Both the position numbers and the translations under genes were made by a program. From the NCBI RefSeq assembly GCF_000315625.1, contig NW_005434453.1, forward strand, positions 23,414-70,736: a stretch of DNA of 47,323 nt. Direction: 5' to 3'. The first letter of the stretch is position 1; each line of letters starts with the position of its first letter. The notes under the pieces are model-generated. The model was given only the letters and a program-made list of their open reading frames with translations, had not been told where the DNA came from and did not search any database. Shown one piece after another: positions 25,206-37,300 of the stretch. This DNA comes from Guillardia theta CCMP2712. Taxonomy: Eukaryota; Protista; Cryptophyta.

Positions 25206-26279
25206 TTTTCTCCCCTCCCTTCCCTTTTCAGTCGAGCAAAGTAAGGCAAGGATATCTAGTTGTATATTTGTTGACACAATGTTGATGTTTCAGGAACATC
25301 ACAAGCATGTTTCAGGAACATCACAAGCATATTTCTTCACTTGAATTCAGTCAAACAAGTTTGAAATAGCGTTGTTCTGAACATGCAATGGATAGTCCAT
25401 GTCTTCATCGGCTACAGCATGCGCACCTCATATCTCCTTGAGGACCTTGTTCACATTCGCTCGCTCTTGCGCCTCAAATCTAGGCTGCCTTGACGCCTGG
25501 GAAGGAAGAGCAGGGGTAGATAATGTCTGACATTCGCCAGCCTGTGTCCCTGCCGTCAGCCGCAACCTCCGCAACATTCTTATCATGGTCTGTTGTGACC
25601 TTGTCGGGTTCCAACAGGCTTGAACCAGTGGCTGTTCTTGCGAGGCAATTTCTCGATCCCTACATCTCTGCAAGCCTTCTTGTTCTGCGAGGACCTCAGC
25701 TCACAATCTCACAGATAGAAATCAAAATGTGCCCACCAACTGTTTCGCGACTCAAGACAGCGGATGATGAAACATCTCCGAGATCAAATCAATGGTAAGC
25801 AAGACGAGATTTGACTTGTTTGAGTCCTGACAAACTTTCTTGCGAGGATGTATGATTGTGTGCGCATGATCACGACGAGCTAGGCCTTTGAGCGAAAGGG
25901 TTTTATCCGAAGATTCCATGTTCTTTGTAGCAACTTGCTACTCATTACACCGGGTAATGAGTAGGACCAAGGAGTAGGACCAAGGTGGGGCGTAACCTCC
26001 GAGGAGGACATTAGACTGAGGCTTTGTAAGGAACGATGGAAAGGCGACATGGAGGAGCGATGATTTGGCGTGATCGTTCTTCCACAAGTGTTTATGAAGC
26101 AGTTATAGAAGCTCAAGCGCTTCCTGTCGTTCTTCTCGCTACGAAACAGATGGAGAGATTTGCAAGCATTCGTCTGTTTGATTCTTTCTCTCTCTGACGT
26201 CCTGTTTGAGTGACATCCATGGCTCATTGGCAACATTTGCTACTGTCCACGAAATCGGGTATTCGCGACAAGCATAAGC

Positions 26280-29200
26280 TTACACTCGACGGAACTCCAC
26301 CAGCAACTCAGGGTATGTCTGTCGGCGATCGTAGACGATGAACTCCCTGTACTTTTCCAAGCACGCTGAAGGATGCGTATCCTGTGTCACCCCAATCACT
26401 GAGTCATGCAGGCGGTCGCTGCCCGGCATTACTGGTGGTCGCCTCGCGTTGTTCATCGCTTGCAGGGCCTCGTAAGGCGTTCCCAGCACAGCTCGCACCA
26501 CAAACATACGACAGATCCCGCGGCTGTCTGGCGTGCAGTACTCGTCGCTCTTGCTCGAGTTCTCAGCTAGGTAGATCCCAGCTCCAAACAAGCCTCCTAG
26601 ACTGCAGACCCGCTCGTCAAGCCCAGCCTTCAAGATAACATCCGCCATGTCGTGTTTGGTGCCATGAAACAGAAACACCTCGTTGCTGGTCTTGTCCTGT
26701 AGGAGCGATCTCTTCATCCAATCGCTATAAGTGCGTACCTCTGTCTTGGGATGTCGTTCGCCCTGTAGCATCATAAGGTAGCCTATAACCTTTCGCTGTA
26801 GGGCATATGCCGACCACAACTCCGAGTGCTCTATACGGAAGACGCGCTCAACCTTGTAGCCTTTATGCTTCAATCCCAAGTTGTCTCTTCCTTGGCCGAT
26901 GTACTGCGGTTTACATGTTGATGTCAACAGCTCTTGTATTCTATCCTTCCACTCGCTCGTTACGTCGACTTTGATGTTTGTGCCAGCAGAGCTTGCTAGA
27001 CCCTGCCAATAGCGGGGAGGTGTAAACACGGCACAACCGTACGCAAGAAGCAGCTTCTCTGTCTCTAAATCTCTCGCTTTCTGCTCAAGTACGGCCTCTT
27101 GCTTGCTCAAGGTCGTCAGCTCCGACTGCACCTGACGCTTTTGTTCCTTCAGAAGCCGCTCTTGTGTGCTGAGCTCTGCCTTCTCCTTCGGGAGTTGCTC
27201 CTTCCTCAGGTTGAAGTGGTATTCCAGTTTCCTTCCTTGAGAGGTGAATGCTCGCTGCTGCTCCACTAGCTGCCTCTCCTCAGACTGCACGTGCTCCATG
27301 CGCTGCTTTATGTCTCTCTCCCTCTCTGCTAGTTCCTCTTGTCTCCTCATGAGCAGCGCAAGCTGTCGATCATGCTCTTCTCGCATGGCAGTGCGCTCCT
27401 TCTCGAGATGTTCGCGCTCGAGTATCATGGCATGACTGAAGTATCGATGTGTGAGAGCTTCGGCTGATGAAAGTCTCTTGCTCGGAACAGGATCGAGAAG
27501 TCTAGCAACAAGATCCTTCGCCTCGCCTTGAAGCCCAGCAAGCAAAGCCATGACGTCGTCACGATGAGTCGGTCTTATCGGAGCTTCTGTCAAGACCTCA
27601 AGCATCACCAAGCCAAACGAGTACATGTCTGATTTGTGCGAGACTTTCATCTTGCCTGTGGAAGGGTTGGTGAGCTCCGGAGCCATGTAGTTCAGCGTGC
27701 CCACGGCAAGAGCAGTGGTCACTGTAGCTGCCAACTCCCTCGCCCGGTCCTCCTGCTCCTTGGACACGTCGAAGTCTGCAATCTGCGGCTCTGCATGCTC
27801 GTCCTTGGAAGTCATCAAGATGTTTGCGGGCTTGATGTCGCAGTGGATGATCCGATTCTGACGCAGGTGCTCGAGCCCCTGCAGCACCTGCATGAGCACC
27901 CTGTGCTTCTGCTGCTCGCTCGGGTCCACATCCTGCATCCACCTACAAAGCGTTCCTCCGACAAGGAAAGGCATCTTCAGGTATCCCTTCATGACCATCG
28001 TGCGAAGCTCGATCTTCTCCTCAATAAAGGCGCTGATCAGCTTCACAATGCAAGGGTGCTCCAGGCGACGCAACATGCTTGCTTCACGTAGGAAATGTTT
28101 TCTGCCGCTCTGACAGACGGTAAGGTTGTACTCCTTGATGACATATTCCTGGCTCCCTTGACTGACGAGGATGACATTATGTCGGGCCCCCATCTGACCA
28201 ACTTGCGACAGACGATCAACGACTGTGAAAATGTCGAGCTTTTCATGCCCGATCAAAACATCACTGTCACCCGCGCCAGCCCCAGGATCTAGCTCTTCCT
28301 TCAACTCCTTCATGTATTCTGGATAGTGACAGACCACACTCCAGAGTCTTTCCTCCAACCTCTCAAGCTCCCTGGTACTTGCCATGAGCTTCACTCTGAC
28401 CACATCCGTCTTGTCCTCGATCTCCTGGCACGCCAGCTTCTTTCTCTTGCTCTTCTCAAAGTCAGATCTAAGATCATACAGCTCGTCTTCCAGATTCTCA
28501 ATTGCTTGCTTGAGCTCTGCCCGGGTGTCCATCAAACGTCGCGGGTCTTCCATACTCTGAAATGTCTTACTGTATCTTTCCAATCCTTTGACGTTTGATA
28601 TCGCACCCAGTTCAAACAACACAGTTTGTGCCCATGACAAAGCCTCTTTTTGGATTGAAAGTAAAGAGCTGAGGGGAAACGATTCGATCAAAGTCGTGTC
28701 TATCAACACCTCCTCCTCAGACACAAACGCGGCTTCAAGAGCCATGTGCGTCTCCGGAAGCACATCTTCCAGCTTGTTCTTGTCACCAATGCTCAACACA
28801 CTAACGCTTCCATCCAGCAAGCAAGACAGCTGACGAAGACTATCAGCATATCGGCTTGCGATCTTCACCCTCTCCTCCCTTGCCGATGCCAATTTCCCAT
28901 TTACCATCTCAACCCAAGCTGACACCATTGATTTTGTTTCGTTCAGCTGATACTGAAGATCATCTGTAGACAAACAGAACGGAGCTGCAGCTTTCGACCC
29001 CCTCGTATCAAGATCACAGCAGCGTAAAACTGCCTCCACGTCTGTGACAAACCTTTCCAACACTTGCTTGTACTCCAATAGGCGGGCCCGACAACCACCT
29101 TCGAGTGCAGCAACGAGCTCGTTGGATGCCTGAATCAGTGCAATCCTCGTCTCGTTCCGTCTGTTTATGCTCTCACTCTCTTGCCTGGCTCTCTGCATCA

Positions 29201-31544
29201 ACTCAGCTTGCTTGGAATCAAGCTCATCCTGCAATGACCGCACTTGACTCCAAGCCTGCTGCATACGCATGTACGCTTCGTGACCCTCGCTGCTGAATAT
29301 TTCCGTCAACTCAACCAGCAATCTGAGCGCGTCCTCTCCTGAGGCGAGCTCTTGGCTGCATATCTTCTCCGTCAGGTCGTGCAGCGACAACATCGCACGA
29401 CCATGCAGGCCCAACGACGACCCATGCCGCATGGCGACCTTGACCGCAGATCGAAGAGTGCTGCACTTGTTCATGTTTTCAGAGCGCTCCCTCTCCCGCT
29501 CATCTCTTTCCTTTTGCTCCTGCTCCTCCTGGTGTCTGGCTTGTGTGGCCTGCTCTTCTCGTTTGAGCCGTTCCTTGCAATGGCTGCATCCATACTAGCA
29601 ACATCATCCGTCAGTCGCATCAAAGACACACTTCAAGCACCTCATCGTATGCCGACCATCCTCTGGACTTGGAGCACTAAAAACCGAAGTCAATCGCCAT
29701 ATTCAGCAAAAGAGCCATCGCTCGCAATCTGCTCAGCTTACATTCTGTCATTGTTGTTTTCACCAGCAATGAAAACCAACGCAAACACAAAGTCAGGAGA
29801 GCATCAAAGAGAGTGAATAGGAAAGTCTTACACAGCACTGATGGAAAAAATAGATGTTTGAACCACAGTCATAGGATAACGCAAGACATATGTCAGTTCC
29901 TATGTCCCCTGACCGTATCTTTCATGTTTGTTACTTACATACTATCCAGCCACATTCACGACCCATGTGATGGTAATCCGAAAGAAAGACAAAACTCGTC
30001 AGTCCCTATGAACCCCTGACCGCATCTTTCATCATCGTTACTCACATGCTATCAAGCCCCATTCACGACCCGACCGATGACAAACCGAAAGAGTTGCAAA
30101 ACCAAATTTCAGCCATCGTTCCCTGACCACACCTTTCATGTTTGTTACTTACAAGCTTTCCAGCCCCATTCGTAGCCAATCCGACGATCCACAAAATTGC
30201 AAGGAACATGTCAGTCCCTATCGATCCCTGACCGCATTTTTCAATCAAGATACTCACAATCTATCCAGCCCCATTTTGTTTCACCGGGTGAAAACAAAAC
30301 ACACAAAAAGTAGATGTCAGCCATATCGTTCCCTGAGAGCATGGTACATATTTCGTCACTTACCCACTATCCAGCATCATCGACAGTCCATCCGAGAAAT
30401 AACCGATAAGATTTGCAAAATGAAATGTCAGCCAATCGTCTTCTGATCGCATCATTGAAAATGCTACTCACTCCCTATCCAGATAATCGTTTCAAATCCC
30501 GGCAAGTAACCGATGGGAGTGATTTCGTTTTCGATAAAACACGTCAGCCAATCGTCCACTCAGCACATCATATGATATGAAAAAACACTTACTCCCTTCG
30601 AAGACAGATTCCATCCAAACAAGCCAGGAAAGAGTAGCAATTGCAAATCAAATGTCAGCCAACCGTCCCTTGAGGGAATGATCGGCTTCACCGGGCAAAA
30701 CTTTGCTTCGCCAATGTGTTCTTCCTCCTTGTAAATACAATTCTTGCAGGTGCCATCTTCATCAAGATGGAAGGTCTACATGATTCGTCAGTCTTGTCGT
30801 TCCCTGATGTTTCATTATTGTTACTTACATTCTATCCAGCCACATTCATGACCCGTCCGATGAAGCACTCACAGAATTTCGATGAAAAACCCACAGATTT
30901 GCGGAAAACACGTCAGCCAAACATCCCATGACCGCATCCTTCATGATTTGTAACTCACCGTCTATTCAGTCCAATCAATGACCCATCCGATGACAAAACC
31001 GAAAAATACACCAACATTGTCAGTCAGCAAATCGTTCTTTGACCGCATTTCCATGATTGTTGCTTACCAGCTGTCCAGTCCAATCAACAGCAGATCCGAT
31101 GAAAAAACCGAAAAATGCACGAAATTCGTTAGTCCTATGGATCACTCAAGGAATGATCGGTTTTACGGGGCAAAACTTCGCTTCGCCAATGTGTTCTTCC
31201 TCCTTGTAAATACAATTCTTGCAGGTGCCATCTTCATCAAGATGGAAGGTCTACATGATTCGTCAGCCCGATCGTCCTCAAACAAGATGATTGCGAATAC
31301 TACTCACTGCCTATTCAGACAATTGTTTCCAATCCCAGCAAGCAACCGATGGGAGTGATTTTCGTTTCGAAACAAGGAAAAACATGTCAGCCAACCAACC
31401 GTCCCCTGATCGCATCTTTCATCATCCTCACTTACATTCTATCCAGCCCCATACATATCCCAACCGACGTGAACAGACCGAAAAATTCACGAAGAATGTA
31501 AGTCCCTATCGTCCCCTGACTGCATTCTTCAATCAAGATACCGC
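26280..31544 (-). CDS. Gene B: zinc-finger/microexon N-terminus + coiled coil + Ser/Thr kinase + coiled coil + PARP-family ADP-ribosyltransferase
   Basis: Main exon 26280..29594 has VIKEY, HCDIKPANIL, DFD and GTLNYMAPE (kinase) and LFHGT, GIYLAENSSKSDEY and REFIVY (PARP H-Y-E). Upstream exon 29641-29676 (CSKSRGWSAYDE) and the microexons splice in frame. Start codon not located. Confidence 0.85.
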
Positions 31545-31630
31545 CTGTAAGCCGCATAGGCATAGTGATGTCAGCAAAAGCTGTCCCTCAAGACTTACTC
31601 ATCTTACGCATCTGCTGCTGTCTTCGGTAC
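29677..31630 (-). other. Microexon/intron array 2 (14 single-codon exons, one 6-nt exon, two 84-nt zinc-finger exons)
   Basis: Each ~100-120-nt unit reads (Y/A)AG|NNN|GTRAG on the minus strand (one GTATC donor), usually with a CTGAC branch site. ZnF exons at 31167-31250 and 30692-30775. Confidence 0.8.
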
Positions 31631-32500
31631 CGGGGCAGACCTCGATCTAAAGCATCTCCAGTAAGAGGGTAATCAATCCAACACTGATGTGGTGTGATGA
31701 GGGACTAAAATGAAGGAGCAAGTGAGGACGTGCAGGAGGAAAGTCAGCATATCCATCACACATGCAGGTCAAGCAAACAAGCATCGCATCGCTTATGCTC
31801 CCTTGCCTTGCAGTCTTGACAGTTCCTCGGCATGACGGGACAGCGGAGGAAAGGCTGTTTTTTTGACCCGCAGGGAGGTGAGCAGGGGGTGGACAGGGCT
31901 CAGAGCAGGGGGTCCAGATCTGGTCCAGATGGAGTCGGGGTCGATGTGGCTCCACCAGCTATCGTGGTTACACACAAGTCTAGCATTCTTGGTGACAAAC
32001 GGGTTGAAAGGGGGCGGCTGAGTAAAACATGATGGGGACTCTAATGCCGGGCCGTCAACCTCCGGGGCCCGGGGAGCCACCTGGGGACCATCGACGCAAG
32101 TCGAGAGTCGATCTCTTAGCCCCTCGTTGACTCCTTGCCCTCATTCAAGAGAGGCCGAATCTCCTCCTCCGGCGGCGGATCTGCCGGAGCTCTTCCTGGA
32201 TGGTGATGAACTCTGAACCTCAAGGAGACGATGACATCCTGCGTGGGGGAGCAGGAGCAGGAAAGCAGGAGGCGATGGAGAGCCGGAGAAGTTGATTTAG
32301 GAAGAAGAAGCAAATCAGAGAGAAGAGACAGCGAAGGCCGGGCGGAAGCAGCTGGATACAGGACGCGGCTGATATGGTAGCGGCCATCACCAACTTGACG
32401 AGATTTGATTCATATGGGGCCCTCAGTTTGACCTGATACTTTGTTGAACACGGTCTGCTTCTGCCTCCTGACCTTGTTCCTTGCCCTGCACGTGAGCCAA

Positions 32501-33810
32501 CTCAAGCACGTCAGAGTCGACCTCTGCTCGAGCACGTCAGAGTCGTCCTCTGCTCGAGCACATCAGAGTCGTCCTCTGCTCGAGCACATCAGAGTCGACC
32601 TCTGCTCGAGCACATCAGAGTCGACCTCTGCTCGAGCACATCAGAGTCGTCCTCTGCTCGAGCACATCAGAGTCGTCCTCTGCTCAAGCACGTCAGAGTC
32701 GTCCTCTGCTCGAGCACATCAGAGTCGACCTCTGCTCGAGCACATCAGAGTCGTCCTCTGCTCAAGCACGTCAGAGTCGTCCTCTGCTCAAGCACGTCAG
32801 AGTCGTCCTCTGCTCGAGCACATCAGAGTCGTCCTCTGCTCAAGCACGTCAGAGTCGTCCTCTGCTCGAGCACATCAGAGTCGACCTCTGCTCGAGCACA
32901 TCAGAGTCGTCCTCTGCTCAAGCACGTCAGAGTCGTCCTCTGCTCAAGCACGTCAGAGTCGTCCTCTGCTCGAGCACATCAGAGTCGACCTCTGCTCGAG
33001 CACATCAGAGTCGACCTCTGCTCGAGCACATCAGAGTCGTCCTCTGCTCGAGCACATCAGAGTCGTCCTCTGCTCAAGCACGTCAGAGTCGTCCTCTGCT
33101 CGAGCACATCAGAGTCGACCTCTGCTCGAGCACATCAGAGTCGTCCTCTGCTCAAGCACGTCAGAGTCGTCCTCTGCTCAAGCACATCAGAGTCGTCCTC
33201 TGCTCGAGCACATCAGAGTCGTCCTCTGCTCAAGCACGTCAGAGTCGTCCTCTGCTCGAGCACATCAGAGTCGACCTCTGCTCGAGCACATCAGAGTCGT
33301 CCTCTGCTCAAGCACGTCAGAGTCGTCCTCTGCTCAAGCACGTCAGAGTCGTCCTCTGCTCGAGCACATCAGAGTCGACCTCTGCTCAAGCACATCAGAG
33401 TCGTCCTCTGCTCGAGCACATCAGAGTCGACCTCTGCTCAAGCACATCAGAGTCGACCTCTGCTCAAGCACATCAGAGTCGACCTCTGCTCAAGCACATC
33501 AGAGTCGACCTCTGCTCAAGCACATCAGAGTCGTCCTCTGCTCGAGCACATCAGAGTCGTCCTCTGCTCGAGCACATCAGAGTCGACCTCTGCTCGAGCA
33601 CATCAGAGTCGACCTCTGCTCGAGCACATCAGAGTCGTCCTCTGCTCGAGCACATCAGAGTCGACCTCTGCTCAAGCACATCAGAGTCGACCTCTGCTCA
33701 AGCACATCAGAGTCGTCCTCTGCTCAAGCACATCAGAGTCGACCTCTGCTCAAGCACATCAGAGTCGACCTCTGCTCAAGCACATCAGAGTCGACCTCTG
33801 CTCAAGCACA
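32501..33810. repeat. 26-bp minisatellite, ~50 units
   Basis: Unit CAGAGTCG(A/T)CCTCTGCTC(G/A)AGCAC(A/G)T. Stop-free on the + strand, producing ORF 32441..33898. Confidence 0.95.
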
Positions 33811-33898
33811 GTCAGCCAGCTGCTGTAACTTGTTCGACGATTGCGATTCGAGAGCCTTAGTTGCACCACCTGAGCCCATTGTGCATCCGAATGGTTAG

Positions 33899-34078
33899 TG
33901 TTACGAAGTGGATCGTATCTTAGCACGTCGTGGGAAAGGTCGTCGTGTGCAATACTTGATCAGATGGAAAGGTTATGATAATACTGCGTCTGATTCTTGG
34001 TTGTCATTCCGTGAATCGAAGACGCCATTTCTTCGTCAATTGATGCGTGAGTTTAATTTGACTAATTCTAATTCCTGA
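33899..34078 (+). pseudogene. Chromodomain (probably a chromovirus/retroelement integrase tail)
   Basis: CYEVDRILARRGKGRRVQYLIRWKGYDNTASDSWLSFRE... is a canonical chromodomain pattern. It is in frame with ORF 32441..33898 across a single TAG and is missing from the ORF track. Confidence 0.8.
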
Positions 34079-34302
34079 TGCAGCGAAGTTCATCGAGATG
34101 TTTCTCAGATGATGCGCTTGGGAGCGTAATGATAGGAGTTGCTTGAGCGGTCACGTATACTTCAGTCACCTAGCTTTTTTTTATCCTGTCGATTTGGTCA
34201 TAAATCTATCCTAACATTCTATACGTTCGGCGAGCGCGGTTGTGTTGAGGTTCCTGTTTGCTTGCTTAACACAAGTTCGACAGTTGGTTCAAGTTCACAG
34301 AG

Positions 34303-37300
34303 TCAAGCTAGATCATCAGGGTTGTCAATGCCTGAACGTATCTTTGACTGCAGCAGGCTGATACGGTCAAGAATGCTGTTGAGCAGGTCCTTTTGCAGAT
34401 GTAACGACCTGAGAAACGGGTGCTCCACTGGCTCCACGCATGTCAAGGCCATGTCAACCGCTACCTCATGAAATACGACGCCTCCCCGGTAAACCCTCGC
34501 CTGCACTGCTGCCACCAGCGCCTCCAGCCCTGACACATGCAAACCACCACGGTCCTTCTCTTGCTGCTGTTGCTCTTGCTGCTCCCTCTTTGCTTGAACC
34601 TCCAAGGGCTTTGAGAATGACGCGAGATACGTCCAGTCGACCTTGACCTTGTTGGCAGCTTCACTTGTCTCCTTCTCTAGCTCCGCAATTCTCTTCCACC
34701 AGTCTTCACCCCCCTTGTCGCCCTTCCAGCCTGACTCTGACTCCAAGTCCTTTGAGTCTCGACTTGCTTCATACAGCACCGGCACCAGCACAGGTATGAT
34801 GTACTTCCCTGCCTCACACGCCCGAGCAAACTCTCTCCTGCAGTTGCCGCTCTTGACGTACTTGTCGCTCATAAAGACTACAAACACCTCGCAGCGAGAC
34901 ACCCCGAGCTCCATCTTCTGCATGTGATCTTCCCCGGGGTTGATCCCTCCCTCCACGTCGAACCAGCACTGCAGGCTTGTCTGCTCCTCGATCCGCCGCT
35001 TCACCTCCCTCACCATCTTCTGCGTCGAGTTGTCGTGCCCCCACTGGTAGCTCAAGAACACCTGCGGCGGCGTGACGTCCAGCACGTCCATCTCCCTCTG
35101 ACATCCGTCGCAGTAAATCTTAGCCGTCAGGTCGCGAGCGAGCATGCTCAAGCACTTGGGTCGGCTGAAGAAGTGCGGGACTCTCTTGTCCTTCAAGCAA
35201 GACGGACACGGGGAGCTCGAGCCATTGAACGCCAGCACCTCCTCCACGGTTGTCGTATGACCCCTTGTGCAAGTGATTGCTTTGATCATGATCTTGTGTT
35301 TGATGACATCTTCCTGCTCCAGCTCTTGCTGCATGTCTGTCATACCCTTCCTTTCTTTATCTAGCGCTGCCTTGATCTCCGACCGATCAAACCTGCCCAC
35401 GGCTCGATCGCCTTGGGAGGCAGGTTGAGACTCAGACCTATCATGCAAACAAGCTTGGCACAGAAGCTCGTTCTGACTGGTGACCTCGTACAAGTCTTCG
35501 AAGCTTCCTCGTCCCTGATGCAGCTTCTTGATGATGCCGTCATACAACGTTCGCATCGAGCCTTGATCATTCTCCTTGTACTGATGGAAGATCCGGTATC
35601 GCTCCATCCCTTGTATCTCCTGCGGCCACCACTCGTTGAACCTGTTCGTCAGCTTGATCTGCTTGTCGTAGTAGTCTGTCAATACGACGGGGATGATAAT
35701 TGCTTCGCTCGCTGTCAATCTGTTCCATAACTTGCTGAAGCTACTTTCTCCTTGAATGGGTCCCTGCTCATCAACACACTCTGTCGATATACACAAGATG
35801 TTCACGAGACATTCATCACCAGCACCTCCACGTTCGTCACATGGATGTGTCTGGCAAGTAAGACCTAGAGGGAGGTTCTCCGCCTTGTAAAGCTTCTTCA
35901 CCTTTCTTTCAATATCCAGCCCACATGCTCTTGACCTCTCTCCTTGCGTGAAGATCCCTATTTGCACGGCCTCTTTGCCTGAGCTCTCCTTGTCGCTTCT
36001 CCTTCGCTTCATCCCCGGGAAGAACGCCTCCAGTTGCTTCAAGTCCTCTTGCAAGTTCTCGATCTGCTGCCTCGTCGACGCATCAGCTCTCAGCACGTGC
36101 TTGTCATTGTCTTCCCGCCAGCTCACCAGCAGCGTCCGGCCCCAGCCCTTCATCACCGCCATAGAGCCGCTGCAGTCTACCTCAAAGTGTCGAGCAGCGC
36201 ACAGCACGACCAGCCTGTCGATGAAGCCTGCGGGGAAAATGTTGTACTCGCACTCGACAGATGCGCACAGCGACTGCTTGTCCTTGTCCGTCACTGCTCG
36301 CTTGTGCTCATGCGTGAACGACGGGATGATGCCGGGACACAGCAGCTCTCTGCTCTTGTTGTCTGTATCCTTCAAGTCCTTCATCCCCTCGCCCAGGAAG
36401 TGCGCCAGATCGCAGCCTCGCAGCAGAGCCACCGCCTCCTGCACCTCCACATGGCTCTTGATGAAGCCTACCTCTTCTGATCTTGATGTCTTGTCTGTCT
36501 TCGCATTGCGCCAGAAGTCGCTGTCTTGCTGGGGCCACAAGTACTCCAACATGTCCTCGTCTATGATACCCAGGTGTAGCAGCTTCTTCGTCTTCTTGGA
36601 CTTGGTCGGGTCCTGCTGGAAGAAGTCGAGCAGGTGCTCCCAGTCATGTCGCATCACGCCCTTGAACACGTCGATCATCCACACGGGATCGATGAAGACC
36701 GTGTCCTCGACGGAGTACTTGCCTAGGTCTCTCTTGCTTTGATCGGCGCTCAGCTCATGACCGAAGTACTTGAGCACGCCCATGTCGTGCAAGAAGCTCG
36801 TCGCCACCTTGTGCTCTTTCTCGCTGACCCCTGACTCTCTCAACATCTCCTTGTACTCCTCTACCTTGACGTACGAGACAGACCCTGACTTTCGCTTCTC
36901 CACAGCCTCTCTCAGTCTCAGATAAGGTCTAGGGATTCTTTCCTCCCACCACAGCAGCTCTTTTGCAGTCTTGCACACAGATCGCCGCAGCTCCTTCACC
37001 CCCTGTCCCTCAAGACAGTTCACCCGGAAGCTCTCGCCTCCGTTGATGACGTGCAACGGCAGGATATGCAAATCTTCATCCTCTGCCATCTTCTTCAGCT
37101 CCTCTTCCACACATGCCTTCACCTCCTCACACTGATCCGTCACCTCGCTCTCCCCGACAAGATCGATGTGCGTTGCTACGAGCAACACGCTCGATCCCGG
37201 CACTCGCGCTTGCGTAGCTCGCAGCCATGTAGCGATCATCATCTTCAGCTCCTCCATGCTCTGCTTGTCTCGCTTCCCCCTCACGTTCCACACCAGCAGG

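Noticed and set aside
25428-26236. Possible gene or LINE fragment downstream of kinase-PARP
   Set aside because: No recognisable motif in the frames examined, and multiple stops.
30716-31650. Plus-strand ORFs in the arrays (e.g. MFFLLVNTILAGAIFIKMEG..., and those at 38405-40675)
   Set aside because: They are antisense shadows of the ZnF exons and repeat introns; conserved Cys/His and splice sites are on the minus strand.
31647-32400. Short ORFs between array 2 and the minisatellite
   Set aside because: No domain signature; possibly decayed element sequence but unsupported.
32501-33810. CRISPR array, or a genuine 485-aa repeat protein
   Set aside because: Head-to-tail 26-mers without spacers. 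The ORF is open only because the unit lacks stops, and the unit length is not a multiple of 3.
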